Part shown: positions 7,819 to 18,700 of the stretch, in pieces
Layout of the letters: each line of letters begins with the position of its first letter
Position numbering within the stretch: the first letter of the stretch is position 1
Source of the DNA: a virus
Lineage: Duplodnaviria > Caudoviricetes
DNA: 25,938 nucleotides
Virus record (IMG/VR): IMGVR_UViG_3300047669_001906
Location: 1 to 25,938 of that record
Reading direction: 5' to 3' (one strand)
The notes under the pieces: model-generated
What the model was told of the DNA's origin: nothing
Seen by the model: only the letters and a program-made list of their open reading frames with translations
Databases searched by the model: none
Made by a program: the position numbers and the translations under genes

Positions 7819-9720
7819 ATGGCGACATTACCTTCACAAATTCAGATTTCGGAACTTGACTATGATCAGATTGTTGCGAATCTGATCACATTCATGAAAG
7901 CGGACCCAACCTTTTCCGACTACGACTTCTCGGGTAGTGGGTTACGGTTGCTAACCCGCGTGCTTGCTTATGTCACGTTCTATAACAGCTACTACTTGTC
8001 CGCGGCGGTGAACGAGTCATTTCTCGATACCGCACAGTTGCGGTCGTCCGTAGTCTCACACGCGAAGATGCTGGGCTATAACTCCCACGGTGTGCGGAGT
8101 GCCAGCTACGACGCGAATGTAACCGTGACGGTGGCCAACACCGAGCCGGCCACAATCACGCTGCCGAAGAATACGCAGTTCGTATTACAGTCGAATACTA
8201 GCATAACCTTTTACAACGTGGCGGACAGTGAGCTTACACAAAATACTTCCGACAGTACTTACCAAGGAACGGACATCACGCTCGTTGAAGGGATTGCGGC
8301 GCAGTATCGATTCACGGTTGATCTGAATAATACGACGCAACGGTTTATCATTCCAAACGCCAATGCAGACTTCAGTCGTGTTAGTGTGACTGTGCAGACG
8401 AGTGCGACAGTCAACACGACAACGACATTCACGGAAGCCACGAACCTGTTGTTAGCCAACAGCACTTCAAACATTTTCCTTGTCTCGGAAGCGTATGGTG
8501 GCTTTGCTGAATTGAAATTTGGTAACGATGTTATTGGTGCCTCGCTGGAGAATAGTAATATCGTCATTGCGGATTACTATATCAGTAACGGTGCCGCGGG
8601 GAACAACATTCGTGGTCCGTTCAGTATCAATGACACCTCCATCGCCGGGTTGGTGACTGGTGTCACCGCGGCCATCGATACGAACACGGTACCCAGCACT
8701 GGCGGCGATGATCAGGAAACCATTGAGGACGTGCGATATCTAGCACCGCTTACCTACGCAACACAGAACCGTACGGTGACGGCGGATGATTACAAGACAC
8801 TCATTCTTCAGAACTACTCCGCCTCCATTGCCGCCATCACGGTGTTTGGTGGAGAAGAAGGTGACCCAACCGATCCCGCCGAACGTCCGGTCTACGGCCG
8901 TGTGTATATTACGATCAAGCCAACCTACGGGCTTCGGTTGACGGAAACGCTGAAGAGTACCATTGTTGAAACGCTCGTTAAGCCACACAGCATTGTTGGT
9001 GTCATTCCCGAGATCATCGATCCTGACTATGTGTATCTCATCGTCACGGCGCAAGTCCAATACGATCCTAAAACGACAACGCGCACGAAGCAGCAGTTGG
9101 CTACCGTCGTGGCCGCAGCTATTGATACCTACGCGAATGAGAACATTGAAAAGTTTGACACGTCGTTCCGGTTCTCGCGGCTCACACGGGCCATTGATGA
9201 TGCGGATCCCACCATTTCAAGTTCGTTGACACAAATCGAATTACAGAAGCGTGTCTTTCCGAATCTTGGGGCGAGTAACACATTGGTGGTTAAGTTTGGC
9301 GGCGCGCTCTATAAGTCGGGGACCGTCTCTGCGATTCTTGAAGCAACGTCGCATCGGTTTAGTTATCTCGATAGCGCCGGCACGTCATATGAGAACTGCT
9401 TCGTTCGCGAGAGTGCTGGTGCGCTTGATGTAGTGACGTATGTAACGCAAAGTGGCGTACGAACACTCACGGTGATCGATACGGCGGTTGGTACACTCGA
9501 TGTGGCGACGGGTGTGATGCGGTTAGCCAATTTCGCGCCACAAACCATCGAGGGTGGAGCGGTGGACATCTGGTTTACCGCGTTGCCCGCCGCAGGTGAT
9601 ATGACTCCAAAACTCAACCGTATGTATACCGTAGAGACCGATACGATCACTGTCGAGGTGATAGACAGTACGACCGTCTCGCCGGATGTAGGGTTCCATC
9701 AGGGTGGCAGACTTCGATAA
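7819..9720 (+). CDS. gp6: Baseplate wedge subunit gp6
   Basis: ELDYDQI..NL..F......FSDYDFSGSGL..L...LAY.T.YN......AVNESFLDTAQLRSSVVSHAKMLGY, FGNDVIG and GG.D.E.IE..R..AP..YATQNRTVTADDY are gp6 motifs. Confidence 0.96.
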   Translation: MATLPSQIQISELDYDQIVANLITFMKADPTFSDYDFSGSGLRLLTRVLAYVTFYNSYYLSAAVNESFLDTAQLRSSVVSHAKMLGYNSHGVRSASYDANVTVTVANTEPATITLPKNTQFVLQSNTSITFYNVADSELTQNTSDSTYQGTDITLVEGIAAQYRFTVDLNNTTQRFIIPNANADFSRVSVTVQTSATVNTTTTFTEATNLLLANSTSNIFLVSEAYGGFAELKFGNDVIGASLENSNIVIADYYISNGAAGNNIRGPFSINDTSIAGLVTGVTAAIDTNTVPSTGGDDQETIEDVRYLAPLTYATQNRTVTADDYKTLILQNYSASIAAITVFGGEEGDPTDPAERPVYGRVYITIKPTYGLRLTETLKSTIVETLVKPHSIVGVIPEIIDPDYVYLIVTAQVQYDPKTTTRTKQQLATVVAAAIDTYANENIEKFDTSFRFSRLTRAIDDADPTISSSLTQIELQKRVFPNLGASNTLVVKFGGALYKSGTVSAILEATSHRFSYLDSAGTSYENCFVRESAGALDVVTYVTQSGVRTLTVIDTAVGTLDVATGVMRLANFAPQTIEGGAVDIWFTALPAAGDMTPKLNRMYTVETDTITVEVIDSTTVSPDVGFHQGGRLR

Positions 9721-9723
9721 TAT

Positions 9724-12700
9724 ATGCGACCATATCAACCCGGCCAAGAGTTTTACAATCTCATCAAGACCGCAATACCTGACTTTGTAGAGTCAGAGTA
9801 TCCGGTCTTTGTTGAGTTTGTGATGGCGTTCGTACACTTCTTAGAACAAGAACGTACGACAACGACCGCAACGATAACGCCAGAGTTTGGTCCGTCCACC
9901 AGTAATACCACCACGACCACCACGGTTGGTGGTCCGCTTTATGAAGCCCGCAAGCTCTCGGACTATCGAGATACCGCAACGACATTGGACGAGTTTCGTC
10001 CGCGATTCTTTGCGATGTTCGCCAACGAATTTCCACAACACAGTCATATCAGCGCCGATTGGTTTGTGCGGAGCTTGCGGCAGTTCTATCAGAACAAAGG
10101 CACGACCGAGAGCATTCGTTGGTTCTTCCGCGCATTCTTCAACGAAGAGGCGGAAGTCTATTTTCCGCGTGATGATATCTTCACGGCGTCCGAGGGAACG
10201 TGGGATGCGCCCCGGACGCTGAAGGTATCCAATCCACTCGCGGAGTATACGAACACCGGCACCATCATATATTACTCGGCGAACACGGATGTCAATACGT
10301 ATTATACTGGGCAGCGTATTATCACCGGTACCGGCCAAGCAATTGTCGAACGAGTGGTTAGCTATATTGTCGGCGGCACCGCCAACCAGCGCCACGAAAT
10401 TCATGAACTGACACTTCAGCACGGCAGTGTGGGTGGAACGTTTAGTGAGGATCAATTACTCTACAACATCGATACTCCAAACAAGAGGGTCATCACCCGC
10501 ATTCTACCTGTCATCACCGAGATCACGGTGGATATTGGCGGCACCAACTATGCACCGGATGATCTGGTGCTGGTGTCCGAGGGCCCTGCCGGTGGTGGTG
10601 GATTCGGTGCCTACGGTGTTGTAAGCAAAACGTCTAATGGCGCTATCGGTGGTATTACTATCGATGCTGGTGGATCCGGCTTCAGTGTTGGTGAGCCAGT
10701 CCTGTTCTATAGTGCATCGGGAAGTGGTGCCGGAGCGAATGTCGCGACACTTGCGAACACACAAACAGCACTCTACCTTGACGTAATTCTGGATCCGTTT
10801 ACGAACGCAACAGCAACCGTCACGATGGGTGGTGCTGAAGGAACGCCTGCTAATACGTATTCCGCAGCTAGCCAGAACACATGGACTATAGATACGACGG
10901 CCGCCACAGTGTTCGCCGCGGCAGATACGAAACCGTACTATACACCGTGGGTCTGGACAAACTCAGGAAACACGACGGCGACATTGGCGAACGTGTCCAT
11001 CCTCACAGATGACATTTCTACCGCACCGTTCTTTAGTGAGAATGTGGCGACTGCTGCGGGATACACGGGGCAGGTGTACACACTCAGTTCGGCGACGGAC
11101 ACCACATCGAACACATCGACCGCCACGGTTAATGCGACTCCCGTAGGATACTTCACTGGGGATCTCGCGGGGAACGTTAGTCACACGGTTGGCGCCACGA
11201 AGCTCTACTTCGACAATGTGGGGAACCTCAGTGGGTTGACAACGGGGTTGTATGTCAAACAGGATTATGCAAACCTACAAGTTGGCACAGTCACCACGAA
11301 TGGAACGAACACCGTCATCGGTGTGGCCACCCTCTTTTCACAGACGCTCTCTGTTAATTCACACGTCCGTATTGGAAACGTGTCGAGTGGTTATGATGTC
11401 GTGGTTAAGACGATTAACAGTAACACCTCCTTTACTGCGTACACCACTTCGAATACTGTCACGGCGAACACCTATGGTACCTATGCGATAGGGTATGTGC
11501 GTACGCTCTACCCACGGGCGCAGACATCCTATGGTGCCGTGAACACTGTTGCGCTGTCTTCTATTGGTAGCGGATACGCCGTCTCGCCATTGGTGCTTGT
11601 GGATAGTGTCGATGCGCGAGCGCAGGAGTTGTTCTACTACGACACCGATGCGGGCGCTGTGACAAGTACTGTCGGCCGCGTCTTCGGCGTGTATGCAGAC
11701 GCCATCTTGACGGTAGTGGAAGGTGCCGGACAGATCACCCGTGTGAAAATGCAGAATACGGGCGTGCTGTATACTGATGCGAATACTGTCAGCATTAGCG
11801 TCACACGGGCGGCCGCGGAAATAGGTGATCCTGATCAGGTGCAGGTTAGTGCCACGTTGACACCTGTCATCGGCGCAGAGTCGCAATACGAAGGGCAGTT
11901 CACTACGACAAAGAGCTTCCCGTCCGAGAACAAATATCTTCAGGACGGTGAGTACTACAACAACTACACCTACGTCATTCGTGCCGCGCAGTCGTTTAAT
12001 CGCTATAGCGATGTGCTGAAGAAGATCTTGCACCCGGCCGGGTTCCGTGCCTACGGCAAGTTTGTGGTCACCTCAGAAGTGCCTGTGACTGTTACGGGAA
12101 TGACGGAAACCGCTCTTGTGGATCTCAGTTCATTGTCGCAGTCGCCATCGGCGTCTCTGTCACCATCAGCATCAGTGAGCCCGTCAGCGTCGGTGAGCCC
12201 GTCGAGTTCGTTTAGCCCGTCAACGTCGGTGAGTCCGTCGAGTTCGTTGAGCCCATCGAGTTCGTTGAGCCCATCGAGTTCCATATCACCGTCTCTGTCA
12301 CCATCAACATCAGTGAGTCCGTCAACTTCGACCAGTCCGTCAAGCTCCGCGTCTGGGTCAGTGAGCCCGTCAACGTCGGTGAGCCCGTCGAGTTCTGCAT
12401 CGCCGTCAATCAGCCCGTCGAGTTCGGCGTCGAGTTCATTGAGCCCGTCGGGTTCATTCAGCCCGTCAACCTCCACATCGCCGTCGGCGTCACAGTCGAA
12501 CAGTCCGTCGAGTTCTGGCAGTCCGTCGAGTTCGTACAGTCCGTCGCCATCTTCGTCACTGTCTGCGAGCCCGTCAAGCTCAGTGAGCCCGTCGAGTTCG
12601 CAGAGTCCGTCAAGCTCTTCGTCACTGTCTGCGAGCCCGTCAAGCTCAGTGAGCCCGTCGAGTTCATTCAGTCCATCGAGTTCGGTGAGCCCGTCAAGCT

Positions 12701-14166
12701 CCGCGTCGGCCTCCGTGAGCCCGTCAAGCTCCACGTCGGCATCGGTGAGCCCGTCAACGTCAGTGAGCCCGTCAAGTTCATTCAGCCCGTCGAGTTCGTT
12801 CAGCCCGTCGAGTTCGTTCAGCCCGTCGAGTTCTACCTCGGCGTCCGTGAGCCCGTCGAGTTCAGCGTCGCCGTCGGTGAGCCCGTCAAGTTCCCGTTCG
12901 GCATCTCAGTCAATGAGCCCGTCGAGTTCAGTGTCGCCGTCTAGTTCGGTGAGCCCGTCGAGTTCTGGCAGTCCGTCGAGTTCTGGCAGTCCGTCGAGTT
13001 CGTTCAGCCCGTCTAGTTCCGTGTCCGCGTCACTGAGCCCGTCAAGTTCATTCAGTCCGTCAAGCTCATTCAGCCCGTCGAGTTCCACATCGGCGTCCGT
13101 GAGCCCGTCGAGTTCGTTCAGCCCGTCAAGTTCGGTGTCTGCGTCACTGAGCCCGTCGACCTCCGTGTCGCCGTCTAGTTCAGTGAGCCCGTCGAGTTCG
13201 TTCAGTCCGTCAAGTTCCACGTCACTGTCTACGAGCCCGTCAAGTTCATTCAGCCCGTCGAGTTCATTCAGCCCGTCAAGCTCGGTGAGCCCGTCAAGCT
13301 CTGCGTCACGGTCTACGAGCCCGTCAAGTTCTCGTTCAATGAGCCCGTCAAGTTCGGTGAGCCCGTCAAGTTCGGCGTCTGTGACTGATAGTCCGTCTGC
13401 ATCAGTTAGCCCGTCCGCATCGAAGAGTCCGTCTGCGTCACCGTCAGTGTCGTTCAGCCCGTCGAGTTCATTCAGCCCGTCAAGTTCTGGCAGCCCATCG
13501 AGTTCCGTGAGCCCGTCGAGTTCTGCATCAGTGTCGGTGAGCCCGTCGAGTTCGTTCAGTCCGTCGAGTTCGTTCAGTCCGTCGAGTTCATTCAGTCCGT
13601 CGAGTTCAACATCAGCGTCCGTGAGCCCGTCAAGTTCCGTCAGTCCGTCAAGTTCCGTCAGTCCGTCAAGCTCCGCGTCGGTCTCCGTGAGTCCGTCCGC
13701 GTCAGTGAGCCCGTCAAGTTCGGTGAGTCCGTCAAGCTCCGTCAGCCCGTCAAGCTCCACGTCGGCATCGGTGTCCCCGTCAGCGTCAGTCAGCCCGTCA
13801 AGTTCGGTGAGCCCGTCCAGTTCATTCAGCCCGTCGAGTTCGGTGTCTGTGTCAGTGAGCCCGTCGAGTTCGCAGAGTCCGTCATCGTCACAGTCGAACA
13901 GCCCGTCGAGTTCGTTCAGTCCGTCAAGCTCCGCGTCGGTCTCCGTGAGTCCGTCCGCGTCAGTGAGCCCGTCAAGTTCGGTGTCGGCATCGGTGAGCCC
14001 GTCAAGTTCAGTGAGCCCGTCAAGTTCGCAGAGTCCGTCGAGTTCGTTCAGCCCGTCAAGCTCTACGTCACCAACGGTGAGTCCGTCAAGTTCGCACAGC
14101 CCATCATCGTCGTTTAGTCCGTCTAGTTCGTTTAGCCCGTCGGCATCGGTGTCCCCGTCAGCGTAA
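9724..14166 (+). CDS. gp7: Baseplate wedge initiator, gp7-like, with a ~680-aa C-terminal Ser/Pro repeat
   Basis: N-terminal IPDFV.SEYP.FVEF and FYQNKGT.ES..WFFR.FFNEE.EVYFP; C-terminal LQDGEYYNNYTYVI......Y...LKKILHPAGF..YG. It sits between gp6 and gp8. Confidence 0.8.
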   Translation: MRPYQPGQEFYNLIKTAIPDFVESEYPVFVEFVMAFVHFLEQERTTTTATITPEFGPSTSNTTTTTTVGGPLYEARKLSDYRDTATTLDEFRPRFFAMFANEFPQHSHISADWFVRSLRQFYQNKGTTESIRWFFRAFFNEEAEVYFPRDDIFTASEGTWDAPRTLKVSNPLAEYTNTGTIIYYSANTDVNTYYTGQRIITGTGQAIVERVVSYIVGGTANQRHEIHELTLQHGSVGGTFSEDQLLYNIDTPNKRVITRILPVITEITVDIGGTNYAPDDLVLVSEGPAGGGGFGAYGVVSKTSNGAIGGITIDAGGSGFSVGEPVLFYSASGSGAGANVATLANTQTALYLDVILDPFTNATATVTMGGAEGTPANTYSAASQNTWTIDTTAATVFAAADTKPYYTPWVWTNSGNTTATLANVSILTDDISTAPFFSENVATAAGYTGQVYTLSSATDTTSNTSTATVNATPVGYFTGDLAGNVSHTVGATKLYFDNVGNLSGLTTGLYVKQDYANLQVGTVTTNGTNTVIGVATLFSQTLSVNSHVRIGNVSSGYDVVVKTINSNTSFTAYTTSNTVTANTYGTYAIGYVRTLYPRAQTSYGAVNTVALSSIGSGYAVSPLVLVDSVDARAQELFYYDTDAGAVTSTVGRVFGVYADAILTVVEGAGQITRVKMQNTGVLYTDANTVSISVTRAAAEIGDPDQVQVSATLTPVIGAESQYEGQFTTTKSFPSENKYLQDGEYYNNYTYVIRAAQSFNRYSDVLKKILHPAGFRAYGKFVVTSEVPVTVTGMTETALVDLSSLSQSPSASLSPSASVSPSASVSPSSSFSPSTSVSPSSSLSPSSSLSPSSSISPSLSPSTSVSPSTSTSPSSSASGSVSPSTSVSPSSSASPSISPSSSASSSLSPSGSFSPSTSTSPSASQSNSPSSSGSPSSSYSPSPSSSLSASPSSSVSPSSSQSPSSSSSLSASPSSSVSPSSSFSPSSSVSPSSSASASVSPSSSTSASVSPSTSVSPSSSFSPSSSFSPSSSFSPSSSTSASVSPSSSASPSVSPSSSRSASQSMSPSSSVSPSSSVSPSSSGSPSSSGSPSSSFSPSSSVSASLSPSSSFSPSSSFSPSSSTSASVSPSSSFSPSSSVSASLSPSTSVSPSSSVSPSSSFSPSSSTSLSTSPSSSFSPSSSFSPSSSVSPSSSASRSTSPSSSRSMSPSSSVSPSSSASVTDSPSASVSPSASKSPSASPSVSFSPSSSFSPSSSGSPSSSVSPSSSASVSVSPSSSFSPSSSFSPSSSFSPSSSTSASVSPSSSVSPSSSVSPSSSASVSVSPSASVSPSSSVSPSSSVSPSSSTSASVSPSASVSPSSSVSPSSSFSPSSSVSVSVSPSSSQSPSSSQSNSPSSSFSPSSSASVSVSPSASVSPSSSVSASVSPSSSVSPSSSQSPSSSFSPSSSTSPTVSPSSSHSPSSSFSPSSSFSPSASVSPSA
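12127..14163 (+). repeat. Long imperfect tandem repeat, unit ~18 nt (AGCCCGTCRAGTTCN-TTC/GTG), encoding SPSSS[F/V/G/Q] interspersed with SAS[V/L] spacers
   Basis: Directly visible. About 2 kb, in frame throughout, ending at the stop codon of the gp7-like gene. Confidence 0.98.
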
Positions 14167-14177
14167 ATGGATCACCG

Positions 14178-14184
14178 CTAAATA
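14178..14184 (+). promoter_or_regulatory. Putative late promoter (CTAAATA)
   Basis: Intergenic, upstream of gp8. Confidence 0.65.
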
Positions 14185-14216
14185 CATTATGAGTTTCCGT
14201 ACAGGTCACATCTATT

Positions 14217-15680
14217 ATGCCCACTAACGATACACGTAAATATCTGACATTTTTGTCGAAGCGTTTGAATGAAACGCTGGTGACGAACGAGAAATACGAG
14301 AGTCTCGTTACGACATTTCAGAGTTATCTAGCCGATACCTCGACGGCGGCCGAGGTGAATACGCTGATCGACGATCTTGGCGATATTAGTTCGCGACTCT
14401 ATTTGGGCATTGGACGCCCGGTTGCGTGGGATAACGATAACGCTCCACCGACGCCGGAGACAACGACACAAGCTGTGGACTACATATGCTGGCGTGACTT
14501 GATGGCGATGAAGCGTATTGAAAGTGCGAATACCGCATATGTCATTTCGCGTGTAAACTGGGAAACCAATACCATCTATACACAGTACGACGATACCGTC
14601 GAAAATATTGCGAACACGAACGTGTATGCGCTCGACACCAATGAACTTCCATACAAAGTCTACAAGTGCCTGTGGAACAATAATGACGGCCGCAGTACGA
14701 CCGCTCCGAGTACGACAGGGAATACCGTCAGCCCTGTGGCTACCGCTGACGGATATGTCTGGCAGTACCTCTATAGTATTACAACGGATGATTATCAGTT
14801 TCTCACGACATCGTGGATGCCTGTGCGTACGGATAGTTTAGTCCGCACCTATGCGACCGACAATCCCGGTAAGTTGTCAACCGTCGTGCCCTGTATTATG
14901 ACTGCCAATGGCACGAACTACGATCCAGCGGGTACGTTGACGGTGACTGTCACGGGCGACGGAAACGGCGCGATCATCGCTGCGAATACTTTGAGTTTGA
15001 CATTCACGTCAAACACGACTACGAATATCACACCGTCGAACGGTGGTATTGGGTATACGACAGTAGATACGATTATCGTGGAACAGTCCGGCCGCGCAGT
15101 CGGTTCAACGAATGCGACGGCGCGTATGATTATTCCTGTGTATCCTAATCACGGATATGACCCGCAACGCGAGTTGGGTGCTTCGGCCATTATGTTGAAC
15201 ACCACGTTGCAAGATGACGAAACCGATCAACTATCAACGGTGAACGACTATCGACGGATTATGTTGATTGACAATCCACTCTTGGCGAATGGCGCAAGTG
15301 CCAATGGATCGTTTTACCGACAGACGTTCGACATTACTCTCTCTGCCAATACGGGTGTCTTTGCGCCGGACGATGGAATCAAGGTAACAAACAACACCGC
15401 GTATGCCGTCACTGCTACGGTGGTAGATACGGTTCTTGTATCCAGCGTGCCCGTGGTGCGTGTGACGGATATCAACGACAAGGGCCGTGATGTGGCATTT
15501 CAAATTGGCGACGAAGTCACAGATACGACAACCGAGGGTGTCATTGGTGTAGTCTCAGCGATATCTGCGCCTCAACTGAAACCTTTCTCCGGTGATGTGT
15601 TGTATGTCGATCAACGGGCGCCCGTCACACGGGACCCCAATCAAGCGGAAGATATCAAATTAATCTTTCGATTTAATTAA
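14217..15680 (+). CDS. gp8: Baseplate wedge subunit gp8
   Basis: LYLGIGRPVAW....PP.P, W.D.MAMKRI......VI.R.NW...T.Y..YDD, YKVYKCL.N, DGYVWQYLYSI...F.T..WMPV, HG.DP..ELG, NDYRRI.LI.NP, and the terminal SGDVLYVDQR.PVTR...Q.EDIKLIF.F. Confidence 0.93.
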   Translation: MPTNDTRKYLTFLSKRLNETLVTNEKYESLVTTFQSYLADTSTAAEVNTLIDDLGDISSRLYLGIGRPVAWDNDNAPPTPETTTQAVDYICWRDLMAMKRIESANTAYVISRVNWETNTIYTQYDDTVENIANTNVYALDTNELPYKVYKCLWNNNDGRSTTAPSTTGNTVSPVATADGYVWQYLYSITTDDYQFLTTSWMPVRTDSLVRTYATDNPGKLSTVVPCIMTANGTNYDPAGTLTVTVTGDGNGAIIAANTLSLTFTSNTTTNITPSNGGIGYTTVDTIIVEQSGRAVGSTNATARMIIPVYPNHGYDPQRELGASAIMLNTTLQDDETDQLSTVNDYRRIMLIDNPLLANGASANGSFYRQTFDITLSANTGVFAPDDGIKVTNNTAYAVTATVVDTVLVSSVPVVRVTDINDKGRDVAFQIGDEVTDTTTEGVIGVVSAISAPQLKPFSGDVLYVDQRAPVTRDPNQAEDIKLIFRFN

Positions 15681-15687
15681 CTAAATA
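15681..15687 (+). promoter_or_regulatory. Putative late promoter (CTAAATA)
   Basis: Intergenic, immediately after the gp8 stop. It is the last such intergenic motif seen before the window end. Confidence 0.65.
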
Positions 15688-15720
15688 TGATAGAATACTT
15701 CTTCATAAACGAGATACTGA

Positions 15721-18700
15721 ATGGCACTTAGCAACACCACAGAAAATACGCTGCGAACGACACCGTATTACGATGACTATTACGAAGTCGCCAACACGAC
15801 CACTGGGCTGTTGCGTGGTGATGACTTCGACTTTCATCGAATCATGTTTCGTCCACGCTACGGTGTTCAGGCGCGTGAACTAACGCAGATACAAACACTT
15901 TTACAGTCGCAGTTGGAGCATCTCGGCACGACGCAGTTCCGTGATGGGGATCGCGTCCTCGGCGCGTCGTTGACGATTGATACATCCGCTAATAGTGGAC
16001 AGGTACTTGCGACCACGAATCTGGCGAGCTTCTTCAATCGCACCACGAATGACGGCAAGTATGTTTATGCCAAAGTGGCAGGAGTAACGGATCTCACGAC
16101 CACGGGGCGCATCACACAGTTTGTCTCGATTGATGACGCCGAAACCACGAACAACTATCTCGTCTTCAAATACACCAGCACCAACACCTTTGGCGCGGAA
16201 GGCGTTATTCAGGATCGCGATGACGCGACGGTAACGGCGACGTTCGCAGCGGGAGCGAATTCGTCTGTCTTTCATAGTGCATCCACGATTAGTGTGGATG
16301 AAGGGGTGATGTTTGTCTCCGGCTTCTTCGTACGCGTCAAGCCGCAGACTATCGTGCTTGATGCGCTAACGAACACTCCCTCCTACCGGGTCGGTATGGA
16401 AGTCGTGGAAGAGTTCCTCGATGAACTGGATGATGTCGTCGGTGCGTCACTCCTTGATGAAGCGAATCGTAGCGCCGTTGGCGCACATCGGTTCCGTGTT
16501 CGTCTGACCCTGTCGAAGCGAGCTATTACGGACACTGCGGATGCTGGATTCATTGAGATCGCTCGCGTCGTTGACGGGCAGATTCTCTACACGCAATCTA
16601 ATGCAAAATATGTCACGGCCGCTGAACTGAAGCTCACGCTCGCACGGCGTACCTACGACGAGTCCGGCGACTATATGATTCGCCCGTTCTTGCCCGTAGT
16701 GGAAGCTGCGAGCTTGGCCAATTCTACGAACTCTGCGGATATCACAACTCTCCAGTTATCGCTCTCGTCAGGAAAGGCGTATGTGCGTGGGTTTGAAATG
16801 GAAACCACCGCGCCGGTGCGGCTGAGTATTGACAAGGGACGAACGACGGAATCGGCGACCAATCGAACACTACCCGCGACCGTAGGAAGTTACCTGCTAG
16901 TCAACCGTGTCTCTGGTACAACGGCGCCGAACAACTATTTTGTTGGCACCACGACAGTAGACGTACACTCTGTTGCGCCGACGAGTATTGATACGGCAAG
17001 TGCGACGACGTACGCGTACTCGAAGATTGGTACCGCGAAGGTTCGAATGCTGGAAAGCTATAGTGTTCCACTCGCGGCCGCCATTTCGGAACTTGCGAAC
17101 AGTAGCGTCTACAAACTCTTTACATACGATTGGAATTTTACAAGTCTCACAGGAAATCTAGCGAGTACAGCCACGATTGTTGATGGAGCAATCCAGTTAC
17201 CGGTTGCGGTAGGAGATGGGTTCCCGGCTGTCAACACAGCAATTACGGGGGCAACCGTCGTTCTTAGTGGTGCGGCTTCTCCGGTAACGGGCACGTTCAC
17301 CGCTAATAGCTACCACTTTCTCGGTTCGGACGCGTATATCACGCTGAAAGAATATCTTGCTGTACTGCCAAATGCGAATACCACCTATCGTTTGTTATTC
17401 CAGCCAAGAGACGCGGATGCGTTTACGTTGTATGATGCTACAAAAGCTTACGACAATGCGATATATGCGGACAATCTCTCTTTCCAAGCGAACGTAGCGC
17501 CTGCTGGAAAGATTAACGGCACACCCAACGGCTATTCACTGATTAGTTCCACGGGCACCAACAAACTGATTTACCAGCTTCCCGAAAAGTTTATCGAGTC
17601 GGGAAGTATTGACACAAGCACCGCAACGTTCTCTACGTGGCATGCGTCGGCTTCAAATACTCGGACCTTCAGTAGCGCCACTAGCGGCGCGCTGTCACTT
17701 TCGTTCGCAGGAAATACCTTTAGCATTCCCGCAGGAACCTATACGGCAGAAGAAGCTCGAAAGTATTTCACGATCTTTGATATCACCGCTGATGCAAATG
17801 GATATGGTCAAGTTGTCCAGTTTACCGATTCCACGCCGGCCGGGAGCGAGCGAGCGATTAACGGCGTGAGTATCTCTTCTGCTGGTTCGCCAACAGGAAG
17901 TGAGTATCACCTATCATTCACGTACTACCACGGCGCGTCAACGAGTGATACGCGCACCTTCATCGCGACTGGTAAAGCTCTCGTCACTGGTTCGTCCGCA
18001 CGAACGAAAAACTATTATGTTGGTAATACTACGAGCTACCATGCGTCTGCAACGACCGCGTTGGTTAATGGACAGGTGGAATATCATACGCTGAACACGG
18101 CGCCGAGCTTTGCGTATTCGCTTCGCACACATGATGTGACGAATCTGCGGAAGGTACTGTATAAGAGCAGCAACACGGTCTTCTCTACTGGAGATATGTC
18201 TACCGCCACGGATGTTACGTCGCACTTCAGACTGGATACGGGGCAACGCGACAACCATTACAACTACGGCCGCGCCATTGTCGGGACGGGCGCAAGTGCT
18301 GTGATCGTCACGACTGGGCGTCTGCTGTTTATCTTTGACCACTTCATGCACTCGGGTATTGGATACGCGACGGTGGATAGTTATCTCTCGACGAACAATG
18401 TCGATAAGGGCATGACGTACGATACTATTCCCACGTATGTCTCTCCGAAATATGGGCGAGGGACGAACTTACGTGCCTGTCTGGACTTCCGTGTCGCGCA
18501 AGGCCATTATGGGGCGGCGACCGGAAATGTTGCGTTGGTGTTTGCGTCAACAAATACGAGTGCCAACAGCACATATGCGGCCAGCGATGGTACGCCCTAT
18601 CTTATTCCCGTGTCCGACGATATCTGGAATGGTGATTACGATTACTATCTGGCGCGGAAGGATGCTGTATCGATTACCGCCAACGGAGCGTTCCATGTCA

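Noticed and set aside
12051-13760. Minus-strand ORFs encoding (ELDGLT/N)n repeats
   Set aside because: These are the antisense shadow of the SPSSS repeat, whose codons rarely give stops on the opposite strand. There is no RBS or promoter, and the sense frame belongs to a conserved gene.
12127-14163. Possible CRISPR array or DGR-type repeat
   Set aside because: The units abut with no unique spacers, vary mainly at synonymous positions and stay in frame. There is no cas or reverse transcriptase gene in the window.
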